Origin: a virus
Lineage: Duplodnaviria > Caudoviricetes
Reading direction: 5' to 3' (one strand)
Virus record (IMG/VR): IMGVR_UViG_3300045771_000019
Coordinates: 1-33,452 of that record
DNA length: 33,452 bases
Both the position numbers and the translations under genes were made by a program. This document shows, in pieces, positions 25,137 to 33,452 of the stretch. The number at the start of each line of letters is the position of its first letter. Positions within the stretch are counted from its first letter, which is position 1. A model generated the notes under the pieces. It worked only from the letters and a program-made list of their open reading frames with translations. It ran no database searches and was not told the DNA's origin.

Positions 25137-25340
25137 ATGGCACAGACATTGATCGAAGAACTACGTGAGTGGGCTAGAGTGACTGGAAGGCAAATACCTC
25201 AGCTCAAGAAGCCCCTCACAGATGCTGCTGATCGTATTTACGATCTTGAGCGTCAAAACAACAATCTCCAGAAGGCTAACAATGCCTATCTGATTCGAGC
25301 TCGTGTGGCTGAAGCTAAGGTTCAAGGAGATAATCTTTGA
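25137..25340 (+). CDS. hypothetical coiled-coil protein
   Basis: ATG right after the upstream stop; LIEELR...AADRI..LE. Confidence 0.6.
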   Translation: MAQTLIEELREWARVTGRQIPQLKKPLTDAADRIYDLERQNNNLQKANNAYLIRARVAEAKVQGDNL

Positions 25341-25543
25341 TTTACCTAACACCCACCGAGCTCAAAGAGCGAACCAAGGAAGCTTATGAGTCCGCTACTG
25401 AGAACGGCTACATCATGGATGAGTGGTCCTGGAATGATGTAGCTCTCGATATGCTTACTTTTGATGCTTTCACAGATTGTGAAGAGCCCACTAAAGAGCA
25501 AATCGTAGAGGCTCTCACTGAACTTTATGGAGAACGACCATGA
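25337..25543 (+). CDS. small acidic hypothetical protein
   Basis: AAGGAG SD, TTG start. Confidence 0.6.
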   Translation: MIYLTPTELKERTKEAYESATENGYIMDEWSWNDVALDMLTFDAFTDCEEPTKEQIVEALTELYGERP

Positions 25544-25725
25544 CCACTCTCGTTTGGCGTCGTGGGCTTCGTGGTCCTGTCCCTGTGCTTCATCAAGAGG
25601 ACAAGCTTGATGCCACTGATCGAAGACTGAAGATTACAACTCATAAGCTGAAACCTGAGGAGGAGAAGCTAACGCTTTCTGCGCTTATTCAACGATATCC
25701 TCCTCCTAATATGCCGGAATTGTAA
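25540..25725 (+). CDS. hypothetical protein
   Basis: ATGA coupling; LVW.RG.RGP.P...L..L...YP.P. Confidence 0.6.
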   Translation: MTTLVWRRGLRGPVPVLHQEDKLDATDRRLKITTHKLKPEEEKLTLSALIQRYPPPNMPEL

Positions 25726-25726
25726 A

Positions 25727-25957
25727 ATGTTCTGGGAACCAACTGAAGACGAGAAAGAGCAGGTGCTTAAGCTCTGGGAATCTCGTGTAGCTTTCCCTAT
25801 GATCGCTGTGAAAATGAAGCTCTCTCAGGAGAGAGTCAGGAAAATTGTCAACGATCATGCTCGTGAGCAGAGCCGTGTTGGGAAGATTCCATCCCCAACA
25901 GCTCAGGAAACCAATGGCAATGAGTACCGAGCTCTTTATCGAGGCTTCCATCGCTAG
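25727..25957 (+). CDS. small HTH-like protein
   Basis: E...VLKLW.....FP.IA.KM.LS.ERVRKIV pattern. Confidence 0.5.
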   Translation: MFWEPTEDEKEQVLKLWESRVAFPMIAVKMKLSQERVRKIVNDHAREQSRVGKIPSPTAQETNGNEYRALYRGFHR

Positions 25958-26007
25958 AGATTCAGCGTAAATTGTAGGGGCAATTCCACAGGAAATCCCC
26001 CCCTAAT

Positions 26008-26301
26008 ATGCCTGAAGTCTCTGATAAGCTTGAGCTTACCACCATCACTAGCACTAGCATCACACCCGAACAGGTGGAAGCTGAAGCCAAGAGATTCGCA
26101 ATGCGAACAGGTGGAATACTACTTATGGCTATGGCTGAGAGAGGTACGACCGAGGATGGCTTAGCTGCCAGCCTACAGGTCAATAAGCGTCAGATTCGAT
26201 CTCAGCTCATGGGCGAAGCCTGGAGGGCTTACCTGCCCTTGGCAGCTCTTTGCTTGGCGTTGGGCATCAAGCTTGACCTTCGGATGAGCCGTGAGCTTTA
26301 A
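26008..26301 (+). CDS. Cro/XRE-like HTH protein
   Basis: AM.ERG.T...LAA.L.V....I...L.G and LA.LC.ALG. Confidence 0.5.
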   Translation: MPEVSDKLELTTITSTSITPEQVEAEAKRFAMRTGGILLMAMAERGTTEDGLAASLQVNKRQIRSQLMGEAWRAYLPLAALCLALGIKLDLRMSREL

Positions 26302-26305
26302 CAGT

Positions 26306-26394
26306 TTGGTGGAAGCACGTTCCTGGGAAGGACGTTTGTAGGAGTACATCCCTACTAGAATAGCCAGTCGGAGATTAACCGATCCACCAATCCA
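26306..26394 (+). ncRNA. tRNA-like cloverleaf RNA
   Basis: TTGGTGGA/TCCACCAA closing stem followed by T-CCA. Arms ACGT(T)CC/GGACGT, GTAGG/CCTAC and TCGG-AGATTAA-CCGA. Confidence 0.5.
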
Positions 26395-26531
26395 ATCTCG
26401 AAGCCGAACGTTACCTTATTAGAAAAGGATCAATGTTCCTGCAAGAGATGTCCTAAACAGATGTGACGCTATAAAACCTGTTACAGATCGGATAGTACGG
26501 TCAGTGCGGTCTCTACTAATACGACCGATTT

Positions 26532-26573
26532 AGCCCGTCATCTCTTCAATGAGGTGGCGGGCTTTTTCTTTTT
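26532..26573 (+). terminator. Rho-independent terminator
   Basis: AGCCCGTCATCTC-TTCAAT-GAGGTGGCGGGCT followed by TTTTCTTTTT. Confidence 0.9.
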
Positions 26574-26591
26574 GAACCCAAGGAAAGAACA

Positions 26592-26837
26592 ATGGCACGT
26601 ACACCTAAGAAGACAACAGTTAAGTATAAGCCGAGAGTCAACAAGGTCATTCAGTATTTTGCACATTGTGCAGAAAGTGGTGACAACATTGATCTAAACG
26701 ATGACAAGAATCTGGAAGAAGTCAAGAAAGATGTTGCGAAATACCTTCGTCACGCGTCCAGTGATGAAGTCATCATCTATGCAGCTATCCTGAAGGCTAC
26801 ACCGAAGACTGTTCAGGCCGACTTCATTCCCATTTGA
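26592..26837 (+). CDS. hypothetical protein
   Basis: AAGGA SD. Confidence 0.65.
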   Translation: MARTPKKTTVKYKPRVNKVIQYFAHCAESGDNIDLNDDKNLEEVKKDVAKYLRHASSDEVIIYAAILKATPKTVQADFIPI

Positions 26838-26847
26838 CAGGTGAATT

Positions 26848-27906
26848 GTGGAACCTCAGATTTATCGTTGTACTCCTCGGCAGGTCCGAGGTTTCATTAT
26901 TGATTGCTTTGAAGCTGGACGTGTTCCCTATGTGAAGGGATCACCTGGCACTGGTAAGTCGTCTATCTTCAACAGTGTGGCTCAAGAGCTTAATCTCTGG
27001 AAGATTGACAATCGTATTAGCACAGCTGACCAGACTGATTTCAACGGTCTACCTGCAATGTCAAATGGCTTTGCCAGGTTTCATCCTTTTGAGGAGTTGT
27101 TTCCTCTTGAAACCACTCCTATCCCTGAGGATTATGAAGGATGGATGATCTTCTTTGACGAGTATAACGCTGGTCAGAGACAGGTCCGAGCAGCTGCATT
27201 CAAGGTTCTCTTGGATCGAATGATCGGTCAACGTAAGATGCATAAGAATGTATGCATCGGCATGGCTGGTAATCTCGATACCGATAGAGCCATCACCAAC
27301 ATCATTGCTACCTCAGAAGAGTCTAGGGTTATTACCCTTCTCTTGGAGTCAAACTTCGATGAGTGGTATGAAGACGTTGCTGTACCTCAGAACTATGATT
27401 CTCGAATCATCTCGTTCTTGAATTGGAAGAAGTCTTACCTAAATGACTTCCGTCCTGATCACGAAGGAGCTACCTTCTGTTGTGAGCGTACCTGGGAGTT
27501 TATGAACAGCCTTGTCAAAGGCAAGGAAGTCACGAACTACAAGATGCCTCTCTATGCAGGCACCATCACTGCTGGTGTAGCTGCCGAGTTTGTTCAGCAC
27601 TGTCAGATTCACAAAGAACTGATCACCATCAGAGATATCCTAAAAGACCCTGGTAACTGTCGAGTTCCTACAGAGACTCCTCAGAAATGGGCAACCATCT
27701 CTCATATGATGGAGTATGTCACTGAAGATAACTTCGGTGATCTCGCTGAGTATGCTTCCCGTTTCGATCTTGCTTTCAGAATCTTATTCTTCAGAACCAT
27801 CATGGTGAAGGAGAAGAAAGCCGTCCAGAAAGGCAAGCAAGAGAGCTACAGGCATCATCCTGCTTTTCGTAAGGCTATGATCGAGCTTGTCAAATACTTG
27901 ACCTAA
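26848..27906 (+). CDS. MoxR-like AAA+ ATPase (N4 gp24-like)
   Basis: GSPGTGKS (Walker A), IFFDE (Walker B), AGN and RTWE. Confidence 0.9.
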   Translation: MEPQIYRCTPRQVRGFIIDCFEAGRVPYVKGSPGTGKSSIFNSVAQELNLWKIDNRISTADQTDFNGLPAMSNGFARFHPFEELFPLETTPIPEDYEGWMIFFDEYNAGQRQVRAAAFKVLLDRMIGQRKMHKNVCIGMAGNLDTDRAITNIIATSEESRVITLLLESNFDEWYEDVAVPQNYDSRIISFLNWKKSYLNDFRPDHEGATFCCERTWEFMNSLVKGKEVTNYKMPLYAGTITAGVAAEFVQHCQIHKELITIRDILKDPGNCRVPTETPQKWATISHMMEYVTEDNFGDLAEYASRFDLAFRILFFRTIMVKEKKAVQKGKQESYRHHPAFRKAMIELVKYLT

Positions 27907-27914
27907 GGTGAACC

Positions 27915-29060
27915 ATGAATATCGCAGCTCCTGCTATACTGAATTACAGCTCATTGGATCGGGAGCTCGATAAGGCCAAGAGTGACCTATTCATGACCAA
28001 GTATGCAGCCTTCTATGGCTCGCTCTTGTGTTCATTGAACTTCACTTGGAACACTAGGATACCAACTGCTGCTACCAATGGCATCGATCTGTTCTGGAAT
28101 CCCAATGACTTCCTGAAGTGTACCCCAGGTCAACGAAAGACAACTCTCAGACATGAGGTTGAACACGTTGCTAGGTTACACTTCGATAGACAGGGATCTC
28201 GGGAGCCAAGGTTATGGAATTACGCCACTGATTATCGCATCAACAACGATATGGATTACGAAGGCTACGAGACAGCTGGCTTCGGTCTGCTAATTGACCA
28301 TCGTTATGGTCCTGGCATGCCTGAGGAGAATATCTACGATGACCTCGTAGCTCGTCAGGCCAATTTCCCTCAGTTTATCATGGATATGCTGGCTGAGGAC
28401 GAGAATGGTCAGCCTCTCACCAAGGAGCAGAAAGCCCAGATCGTCAGCAATGTCGTCAGGGCTGCCCAGCAGGCTAAGCTTGCTGGTGCTGGCAATATGC
28501 CCAGCGATATCGAGAAAACGCTCGATGTCTTCTTGACCCCCGTGGTTCCATGGCAGAGACACATCTCTCGCTTCTTTACGGAGCTCATGGACGAGGACGC
28601 CTACACCTGGTCCAGACCTAACCGTCGCTACAGCAATCTCTACCTACCCTCTCGCTACCAGGAAGAGGGAGCTCTCGCTCATCTCTGCTATTTTGAGGAT
28701 GTCTCTGGTTCGATTTCCGACACGGATATGATTCGTTTTAATAGCGAAATCAGACACTTGAAGGAAACGTACAAGCCCTCGAAGATGACGCTCGTTCAGT
28801 TCGATGTCGGCATCCGAAGCATTACTGAGTACGAGAAAGACACTCCCTTTGATCATGTAGTTCGTAAGGGCTGTGGAGGCACACACCTAGAGTGTGTTCG
28901 TCAGTATATCTTAGAAAAGAAGCCTACTGCTGCGATCATATTCTCTGATATGGATTGTGAACCAATGCAGCCTCTAGGCTTCGAAATCCCAGTTATCTGG
29001 GTAGTGGTCAACAACCCCAATGCAACAGTGCAATTTGGGGAAATCATTAAGATAAGGTGA
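27915..29060 (+). CDS. metallopeptidase-vWA protein (DUF2201, N4 gp25-like)
   Basis: TAATNG, HEVEH, WN.A.DY.IN, RPNRR, DVSGS (MIDAS) and GGT. Confidence 0.9.
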   Translation: MNIAAPAILNYSSLDRELDKAKSDLFMTKYAAFYGSLLCSLNFTWNTRIPTAATNGIDLFWNPNDFLKCTPGQRKTTLRHEVEHVARLHFDRQGSREPRLWNYATDYRINNDMDYEGYETAGFGLLIDHRYGPGMPEENIYDDLVARQANFPQFIMDMLAEDENGQPLTKEQKAQIVSNVVRAAQQAKLAGAGNMPSDIEKTLDVFLTPVVPWQRHISRFFTELMDEDAYTWSRPNRRYSNLYLPSRYQEEGALAHLCYFEDVSGSISDTDMIRFNSEIRHLKETYKPSKMTLVQFDVGIRSITEYEKDTPFDHVVRKGCGGTHLECVRQYILEKKPTAAIIFSDMDCEPMQPLGFEIPVIWVVVNNPNATVQFGEIIKIR

Positions 29061-29066
29061 ATAATT

Positions 29067-29606
29067 ATGGCCGTTAATCGTCAAACTCTTTTGGATCTAG
29101 CTCCTATTGAAGGAATGCTCTCTGAGAAGCAATATGCCCATGGTGTAAGCTATGGTCTGAGTGAAGCCGGATACGACATTCGTATTAAGCAAGATATTAC
29201 ATTCTGTAAACGTCCTACTTGCACGAATGATCTGCATAACAAAATAATGCATTTTCGTTCTAGCGAAAGCGAGCATAATCTATGGCTTCCTGGACGCTTC
29301 ACCATTGCTTCTGCTATGGAACGCTTCCAGATGCCCAATACTCTAACTGGTCTAGTGAAAGACAAGAGCACTTGGGCTCGTCGTGGTTTATCGGTATTTA
29401 ATACTGTGATCGAACCAGGGTGGGAAGGCTTCTTGACCTTGGAGCTTGTCTACCACGGTGAGGAAGGGCTCATTATTCCTGCTGGTTCAGGAATTGCTCA
29501 GGTTATCTTTGAGTACAACACTGATGTCGTTGCCTATAAAGGCAGGTATCAGGGGCAAAAAGACGAACCTGTTGCTGCAATTCGTGCTGAGACATCTGTT
29601 CTTTAA
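29067..29606 (+). CDS. dcd: dCTP deaminase (N4 gp26-like)
   Basis: SYGLS..GYDIR, DKSTWARRG, IEPGWEG.LTLE, IAQ and Y.G.YQ.Q. Confidence 0.92.
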   Translation: MAVNRQTLLDLAPIEGMLSEKQYAHGVSYGLSEAGYDIRIKQDITFCKRPTCTNDLHNKIMHFRSSESEHNLWLPGRFTIASAMERFQMPNTLTGLVKDKSTWARRGLSVFNTVIEPGWEGFLTLELVYHGEEGLIIPAGSGIAQVIFEYNTDVVAYKGRYQGQKDEPVAAIRAETSVL

Positions 29607-29653
29607 GTTGGTTCAGAGCTAGACTTTAATCATTGAAAGGAGGTGATCCCGAA

Positions 29654-29854
29654 ATGACGGATAAATCTTGCAAGTCTGGTGGCCAGGCTGGAATGGTTAA
29701 AGGTGGCAACTGGGGTAGCCAGGATGGCAAGCCTGCTCTCGCCAAAGGCCCTAACAAGCCTGCGACTCCCAACTCTGGTGTTCATGCCTCGAATCCCCAT
29801 GTCGGCAATGGCAAGGGTGGACGTATCAAGGGTGGTACGTTCGTGGGCGTCTAG
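29654..29854 (+). CDS. small Gly/Lys-rich disordered protein
   Basis: Very strong SD AAAGGAGGTG before ATG 29654; followed by a terminator. Confidence 0.65.
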   Translation: MTDKSCKSGGQAGMVKGGNWGSQDGKPALAKGPNKPATPNSGVHASNPHVGNGKGGRIKGGTFVGV

Positions 29855-29883
29855 GTAGGCCAATAGCCTCCTTTTGCTTTCCC

Positions 29884-29909
29884 AAGCGGCTCTTCGGAGC
29901 CGCTTTTTT
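29884..29909 (+). terminator. Rho-independent terminator
   Basis: AAGCGGCTC-TTCG-GAGCCGCTT followed by TTTT. Confidence 0.9.
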
Positions 29910-29924
29910 CGTATGGAGAATCCT

Positions 29925-30791
29925 ATGAGCGAACAATCTGGAATTTGGGCTAAGAGCGTTTTGGCCTCTCAACACAGCATTATCGGCAAGCGGATCGACA
30001 CCCTACTGGTTCGTATGCCTCGATGCATCCTGGCTGAGTTTAATACCCACAGAGTATTTTCGAGGAACGCAGCCTCATCGAGAGCTATCCCTGTAGAGAA
30101 ACTCATTAACCAAGTAGAGAATGATCCCTTTATTCCTATGGTTTGGACAAAGAACAAGCCTGGAATGCAAGGAGAAGTCGAGACTCGTCTTGGCGAAATA
30201 GACGAGTTGCGTCATCTCTGGAATTTAGCACGAGTAGATGCAGTTCATTCTGTTAACACTCTGCTTCGTCGAGGAGTGCATAAGCAAATTGCTAACCGCA
30301 TCCTTGAACCCTGGATGTTCACCATTGTCCTGGTCACAGCCACAGAGTGGGACAACTTCTTCGCTCTGCGTGATCATCCTGCTGCTGAACCTCATATGCA
30401 ACTTTTAGCTAGGGCAATCCGTAATGCTAGGGATATTGCTTTGGTTCAAAAATTAGAGCCAGGAGAATGGCATATGCCTTTCCTGGATGAACTTATGAAC
30501 TCTGACTATTACTCAGCCGACAAGCTTAAACAAAATCAGATTCTTTCTGTAGCTCGTTGTGCTTCTACCTCCTACAAGACTGTCGATAACTTCGACATGA
30601 CCTTGGAGCGAGCTACGAAGATCTACGACAGCATGCTCAGCTATCCCATGCATGCTTCTCCATTTGAGCATGTGGCTCAGGCTGACGCTCTCAGTCGCAA
30701 CTTTGGTTTCACCGAGGGTGAGTACGACTATCCTCACGAGCATCGAAACTTTATCGGTTTTAGACAACTCAGAGCTCAGATCGAGCCATGA
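29925..30791 (+). CDS. thyX: flavin-dependent thymidylate synthase
   Basis: EFNTHRVFSRNAASSRAIP, HKQ.ANR.LEP, NFF.LR and HASPFEH; GGAG SD before ATG 29925. Confidence 0.9.
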   Translation: MSEQSGIWAKSVLASQHSIIGKRIDTLLVRMPRCILAEFNTHRVFSRNAASSRAIPVEKLINQVENDPFIPMVWTKNKPGMQGEVETRLGEIDELRHLWNLARVDAVHSVNTLLRRGVHKQIANRILEPWMFTIVLVTATEWDNFFALRDHPAAEPHMQLLARAIRNARDIALVQKLEPGEWHMPFLDELMNSDYYSADKLKQNQILSVARCASTSYKTVDNFDMTLERATKIYDSMLSYPMHASPFEHVAQADALSRNFGFTEGEYDYPHEHRNFIGFRQLRAQIEP

Positions 30792-31000
30792 GAACCGATC
30801 TCAAAAGCCGTGTCCTTGAATGTATGGATAACGGCTTAGAGACGCACATTGAGATCGCTGAGGAGCTCGGACACCCTATCCCAGCGACAGGGGCTTACAT
30901 GCGCTACCTCAGGAATCAGGGGCTAATCCGAGAAGCTGGAAGATTCTACACTCCCGGTATCCGAGGTAAAGCCCCTGTCCGTTGGAAAGTGGCCGTTTGA
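30788..31000 (+). CDS. small winged-HTH protein
   Basis: T..EIAEELG.......YM..L...GLI...G; ATGA coupling. Confidence 0.65.
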   Translation: MRTDLKSRVLECMDNGLETHIEIAEELGHPIPATGAYMRYLRNQGLIREAGRFYTPGIRGKAPVRWKVAV

Positions 31001-31025
31001 CCCTGCCCCACGAAAGAGCCATGAT
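30997..31025 (+). promoter_or_regulatory. sigma70-type promoter
   Basis: TTGACC-N17-CATGAT, directly before a hairpin-rich leader. Confidence 0.5.
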
Positions 31026-31212
31026 TCCGTTGCCGCCGATTCGGTGGTGACAGGAGTCGCTTAAAAGACAACGGCCCCCTGAGTTACCAGCTCAGGAGGC
31101 CGTCAGATAGGAAGAGGGTTTCGAGACCTCGCAATCCCGAAGCTCTCACAGCTCCACTCGAAACGCAAGTTTTGAGAACGAGAATCTACGTCTTTTTTGC
31201 AGCTCAAAGCGA

Positions 31213-31713
31213 GTGAGCAGAATGACCAGGAGAGAGAAGCTCTTCGGACATGGCAGAGCCGTGCCTTTAGATCGAGAAGCTAAGATCAAGCTAATGCACA
31301 GAGCCAGAGTGCTTGTTCGAACCAGGGAGATAGGCCGTGCTGATTTCGTCATATTCGAAACGCTGCTCTATACCTTTCACAATGGGATCACTGGCCGGTG
31401 CTTTCCGTCGTATGAGAAAATCGCCGAATCCTCAGGAGCAGCTCGCTCTACTGTTCATCTGGCGCTTCATATGTTGGAGAAGTGGGGTCTCCTCACCTGG
31501 CACAATCGCCTCATCCGTGTGCGAAGAGATGGACAGGTAATTCCTGTTAGAACTTCAAATGCCTACCAATTTCCTAGACTGACTGTACTGATACCTAAGT
31601 CCGAAAATCGGACTGGAACCACAGTCAAGATCTATCCTCTTATAGAGTCGAACTCATTGAATGACGCTTTGCAGCGTCTTGGGACTCTCGTGAGAGCTCA
31701 CAAGCTGGTTTAG
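31213..31713 (+). CDS. HTH_36-type plasmid replication-initiator-like protein
   Basis: LL..FHN..TGRCFPSYE.IAE..G.ARSTV..AL..LE..GLLTW.NR....RTSNAY.F, a motif of alphaproteobacterial plasmid/prophage Rep-like HTH proteins. Confidence 0.7.
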   Translation: MSRMTRREKLFGHGRAVPLDREAKIKLMHRARVLVRTREIGRADFVIFETLLYTFHNGITGRCFPSYEKIAESSGAARSTVHLALHMLEKWGLLTWHNRLIRVRRDGQVIPVRTSNAYQFPRLTVLIPKSENRTGTTVKIYPLIESNSLNDALQRLGTLVRAHKLV

Positions 31714-31827
31714 TACCTACCTCAAGCACATCTTGAGTTGATTTAACGCTGTTTTCCGGGTCTGTAACCTGGAACGCAGTGCCTTTGCACGTCTGTGCCC
31801 CATTAAACTTGAACCAAGGAAACCATC

Positions 31828-33452
31828 ATGCAAGTTACTCATGCCGCAGACCATGTGACACACGCTTTGATTGGAGGAGCCAAGACCATTGAGTTTGGCA
31901 TTTCCAACAATGCAACCTTCTTTCAGATCTTGTCGAGCACGCTTTATAGCAATCAGAAGCTAGCTGTGGCTCGTGAAGTCCTCTGCAACGCCTGGGATGC
32001 TCACATTCGTGCTGGTCTCACCAGCACTCCGATCAGAGTCACCATCACCTCAGACAAGATCATTGTGCAGGATTCTGCTGTTGGCATTGCCCATGACATG
32101 ATGGGGCCACTCTATGGTACATATGGCGGCACAGATAAGACCAACAATGGTCAGGAGACTGGTGGCTTCGGTCTGGGTTGTAAGGCTCCCTTCGCTTACA
32201 CGGACCACTTCGAGGTGATCTCATGCTTCGAGGGAACCAAGACCATCTACAATGTCTCGAAGAGCTCTGCTGACAAGCTGGACAAGCCTGGGATCACACC
32301 CATTGTGTCGCTTCCCACCGCTGAGACTGGACTTACCGTCACCATTCCGTTGAAAGCTCCAATGGATCAACACACCTTTACGAGGCTCTTCACCAAGATT
32401 GCCTTCAATGGTGAGATGAATGTAGAGATCAATGGTACACTTGTTGACACTCTGCCGATGTCCAAGAGTGAATTAAATTGGATCATTACCCATGAGGCAG
32501 TTACAACAGGTAATGGAAATCATTACGCATTTGTTCGCTACGGTAATGTCATCTATCCAATAGAAGACAATGGAGCTTACACATCCGATTATCAAAATGT
32601 TAAGGAGTTCCTCAGATCACTTCCTGTTGGTTATGGAAAGGATAACTATAGCATTGTCTTCCAAGCACTACCTGATACGATTTCTGTGACACCTTCTCGT
32701 GAATCTCTGTCTATGCAAGAGCATACGATAGATACACTTGGTGGCTTGTTAAAGAGATTCTTTGAAGGCAATCTTCTGGAGAAGATCGCAAAACAATCTG
32801 AACCCGTCCTCGAAGCTCGCATCAAGACAGCAATCGAAGAACAACGTGTTGCTGAACTTATAAACAGTGAGAGGAAACTTGGCGGTTGTAGGGATAGATT
32901 TACAAACATTCAGTACATCACAACGCTCAATGACCTTACAGAACAATACCTACTTAGAAACTATCCAAAGAGTGAAGCATTCTACCAGAAAGATATGAAG
33001 CTTCGTATCCAGGGTGCAATTACTCTTGGTGCTGGTCCTCGTGGTCATCTGGAGCAGATTTACCATCTAGAGCATGAACCAATCAAAAAGAAGGAATATA
33101 AATTCTCTCGCACATGCTACACTGGTCCTGCTCACTGGTTCAAGCGTAAAGTCCTACGTAAACTCTATGGTGACATCCATTGTAGTAAAGTGGTCGAGTT
33201 ATCTCGGCTTCATATTATGGATGGTGAAAGTCACTACCATGGTAATGGTAAGCCAATACTCACCTCTCCCAAAGACTTTTACAAGAACACTCTCAGTAAG
33301 TATCTTCCTGTTATGCGTAAGGTTCTTATCCTTGCGTACTCTCAGGTTGATCTATGGCGAACTATCCGAAGTGACACGCAAGTTAGTAAGCTGGGTGGAC
33401 CTGTTGATATTTGGTTCTATCACGCTCCTTTCGCTAAGAGTAAGATACAAGC
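31828..33452 (+). CDS. rIIA: rIIA-like protein (GHKL/HATPase N-terminus; N4 gp33-like), 3'-truncated
   Basis: Not in the ORF track. Translation from ATG 31828: MQVTH...FFQILSSTLYSNQKLAVAREVLCNAWDAH...D...GI...YGGTDK...TGGFGLGCKAPFAYTDHF; AAGGA SD. Only the N-terminal part was translated by hand. Confidence 0.88.
   Translation, partial: MQVTHAADHVTHALIGGAKTIEFGISNNATFFQILSSTLYSNQKLAVAREVLCNAWDAHIRAGLTSTPIRVTITSDKIIVQDSAVGIAHDMMGPLYGTYGGTDKTNNGQETGGFGLGCKAPFAYTDHFEVISCFEGTKTIYNVSKSSADKLDKPGITPIVSLPTAETGLTVTIPLKAPMDQHTFTRLFTKIAFNGEMNVEINGTLVDTLPMSKSELNWIITHEAVTTGNGNHYAFVRYGNVIYPIEDNGAYTSDYQNVKEFLRSLPVGYGKDNYSIVFQALPDTISVTPSRESLSMQEHTIDTLGGLLKRFFEGNLLEKIAKQSEPVLEARIKTAIEEQRVAELINSERKLGGCRDRFTNIQYITTLNDLTEQYLLRNYPKSEAFYQKDMKLRIQGAITLGAGPRGHLEQIYHLEHEPIKKKEYKFSRTCYTGPAHWFKRKVLRKLYGDIHCSKVVELSRLHIMDGESHYHGNGKPILTSPKDFYKNTLSKYLPVMRKVLILAYSQVDLWRTIRSDTQVSKLGGPVDIWFYHAPFAKSKIQ

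Noticed and set aside
26454-26482. Hatchet ribozyme or preQ1-like motif (AAACAG...GACGCTATAAAACCTGTT)
   Set aside because: Only a short resemblance; I could not find the other required stems.
29874-29924. Upstream TTG start for thyX
   Set aside because: It runs through the terminator; ATG 29925 has a GGAG SD.
1-33452. Stop-codon reassignment or alternative genetic code
   Set aside because: Core genes (TerL, RNAP subunits, ThyX) are full length in the standard code, and TAA, TGA and TAG all serve as stops.

Overview
This window is about 33 kb of an N4-like (Schitoviridae-type) phage genome. It appears to be read across the junction of the two genome ends. The minus-strand block (1-11586) holds late genes: a partial amidase endolysin, an SGNH hydrolase, a TIGR02594/CHAP-like peptidase, a beta-helix spike-like protein, an N4 gp67-like protein and both terminase subunits. 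Next to them is a compact cluster of probable anti-defence genes (Sequestin/T4 Y16Q-like, Tad2/DUF2829-like and Acb4/gp49_66-like), interleaved with an unknown conserved protein, a GT-A-like enzyme and a dNMP kinase. A mostly non-coding, repeat-containing stretch (~11600-12870) probably holds the genome terminus. The plus-strand block follows N4 early/middle gene order: three virion-RNAP hairpin promoters (C(C/T)GGC-TTC-GCC(G/A)G, each with GG 11 nt after the loop centre), SLOG, DUF4326 and L7/L12-like early genes, N4 gp2, RNAPII subunits gp15 and gp16, gp24 AAA and gp25 vWA, dCTP deaminase, ThyX and a partial rIIA. The most unusual items are the sponge-protein island with uncharacterised members, several strongly structured intergenic RNAs (two tRNA-like cloverleaves with non-canonical arms), and a plasmid Rep-like HTH gene with its own sigma70-type promoter and structured leader. 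Family calls come from motif recognition by eye, not from database searches.
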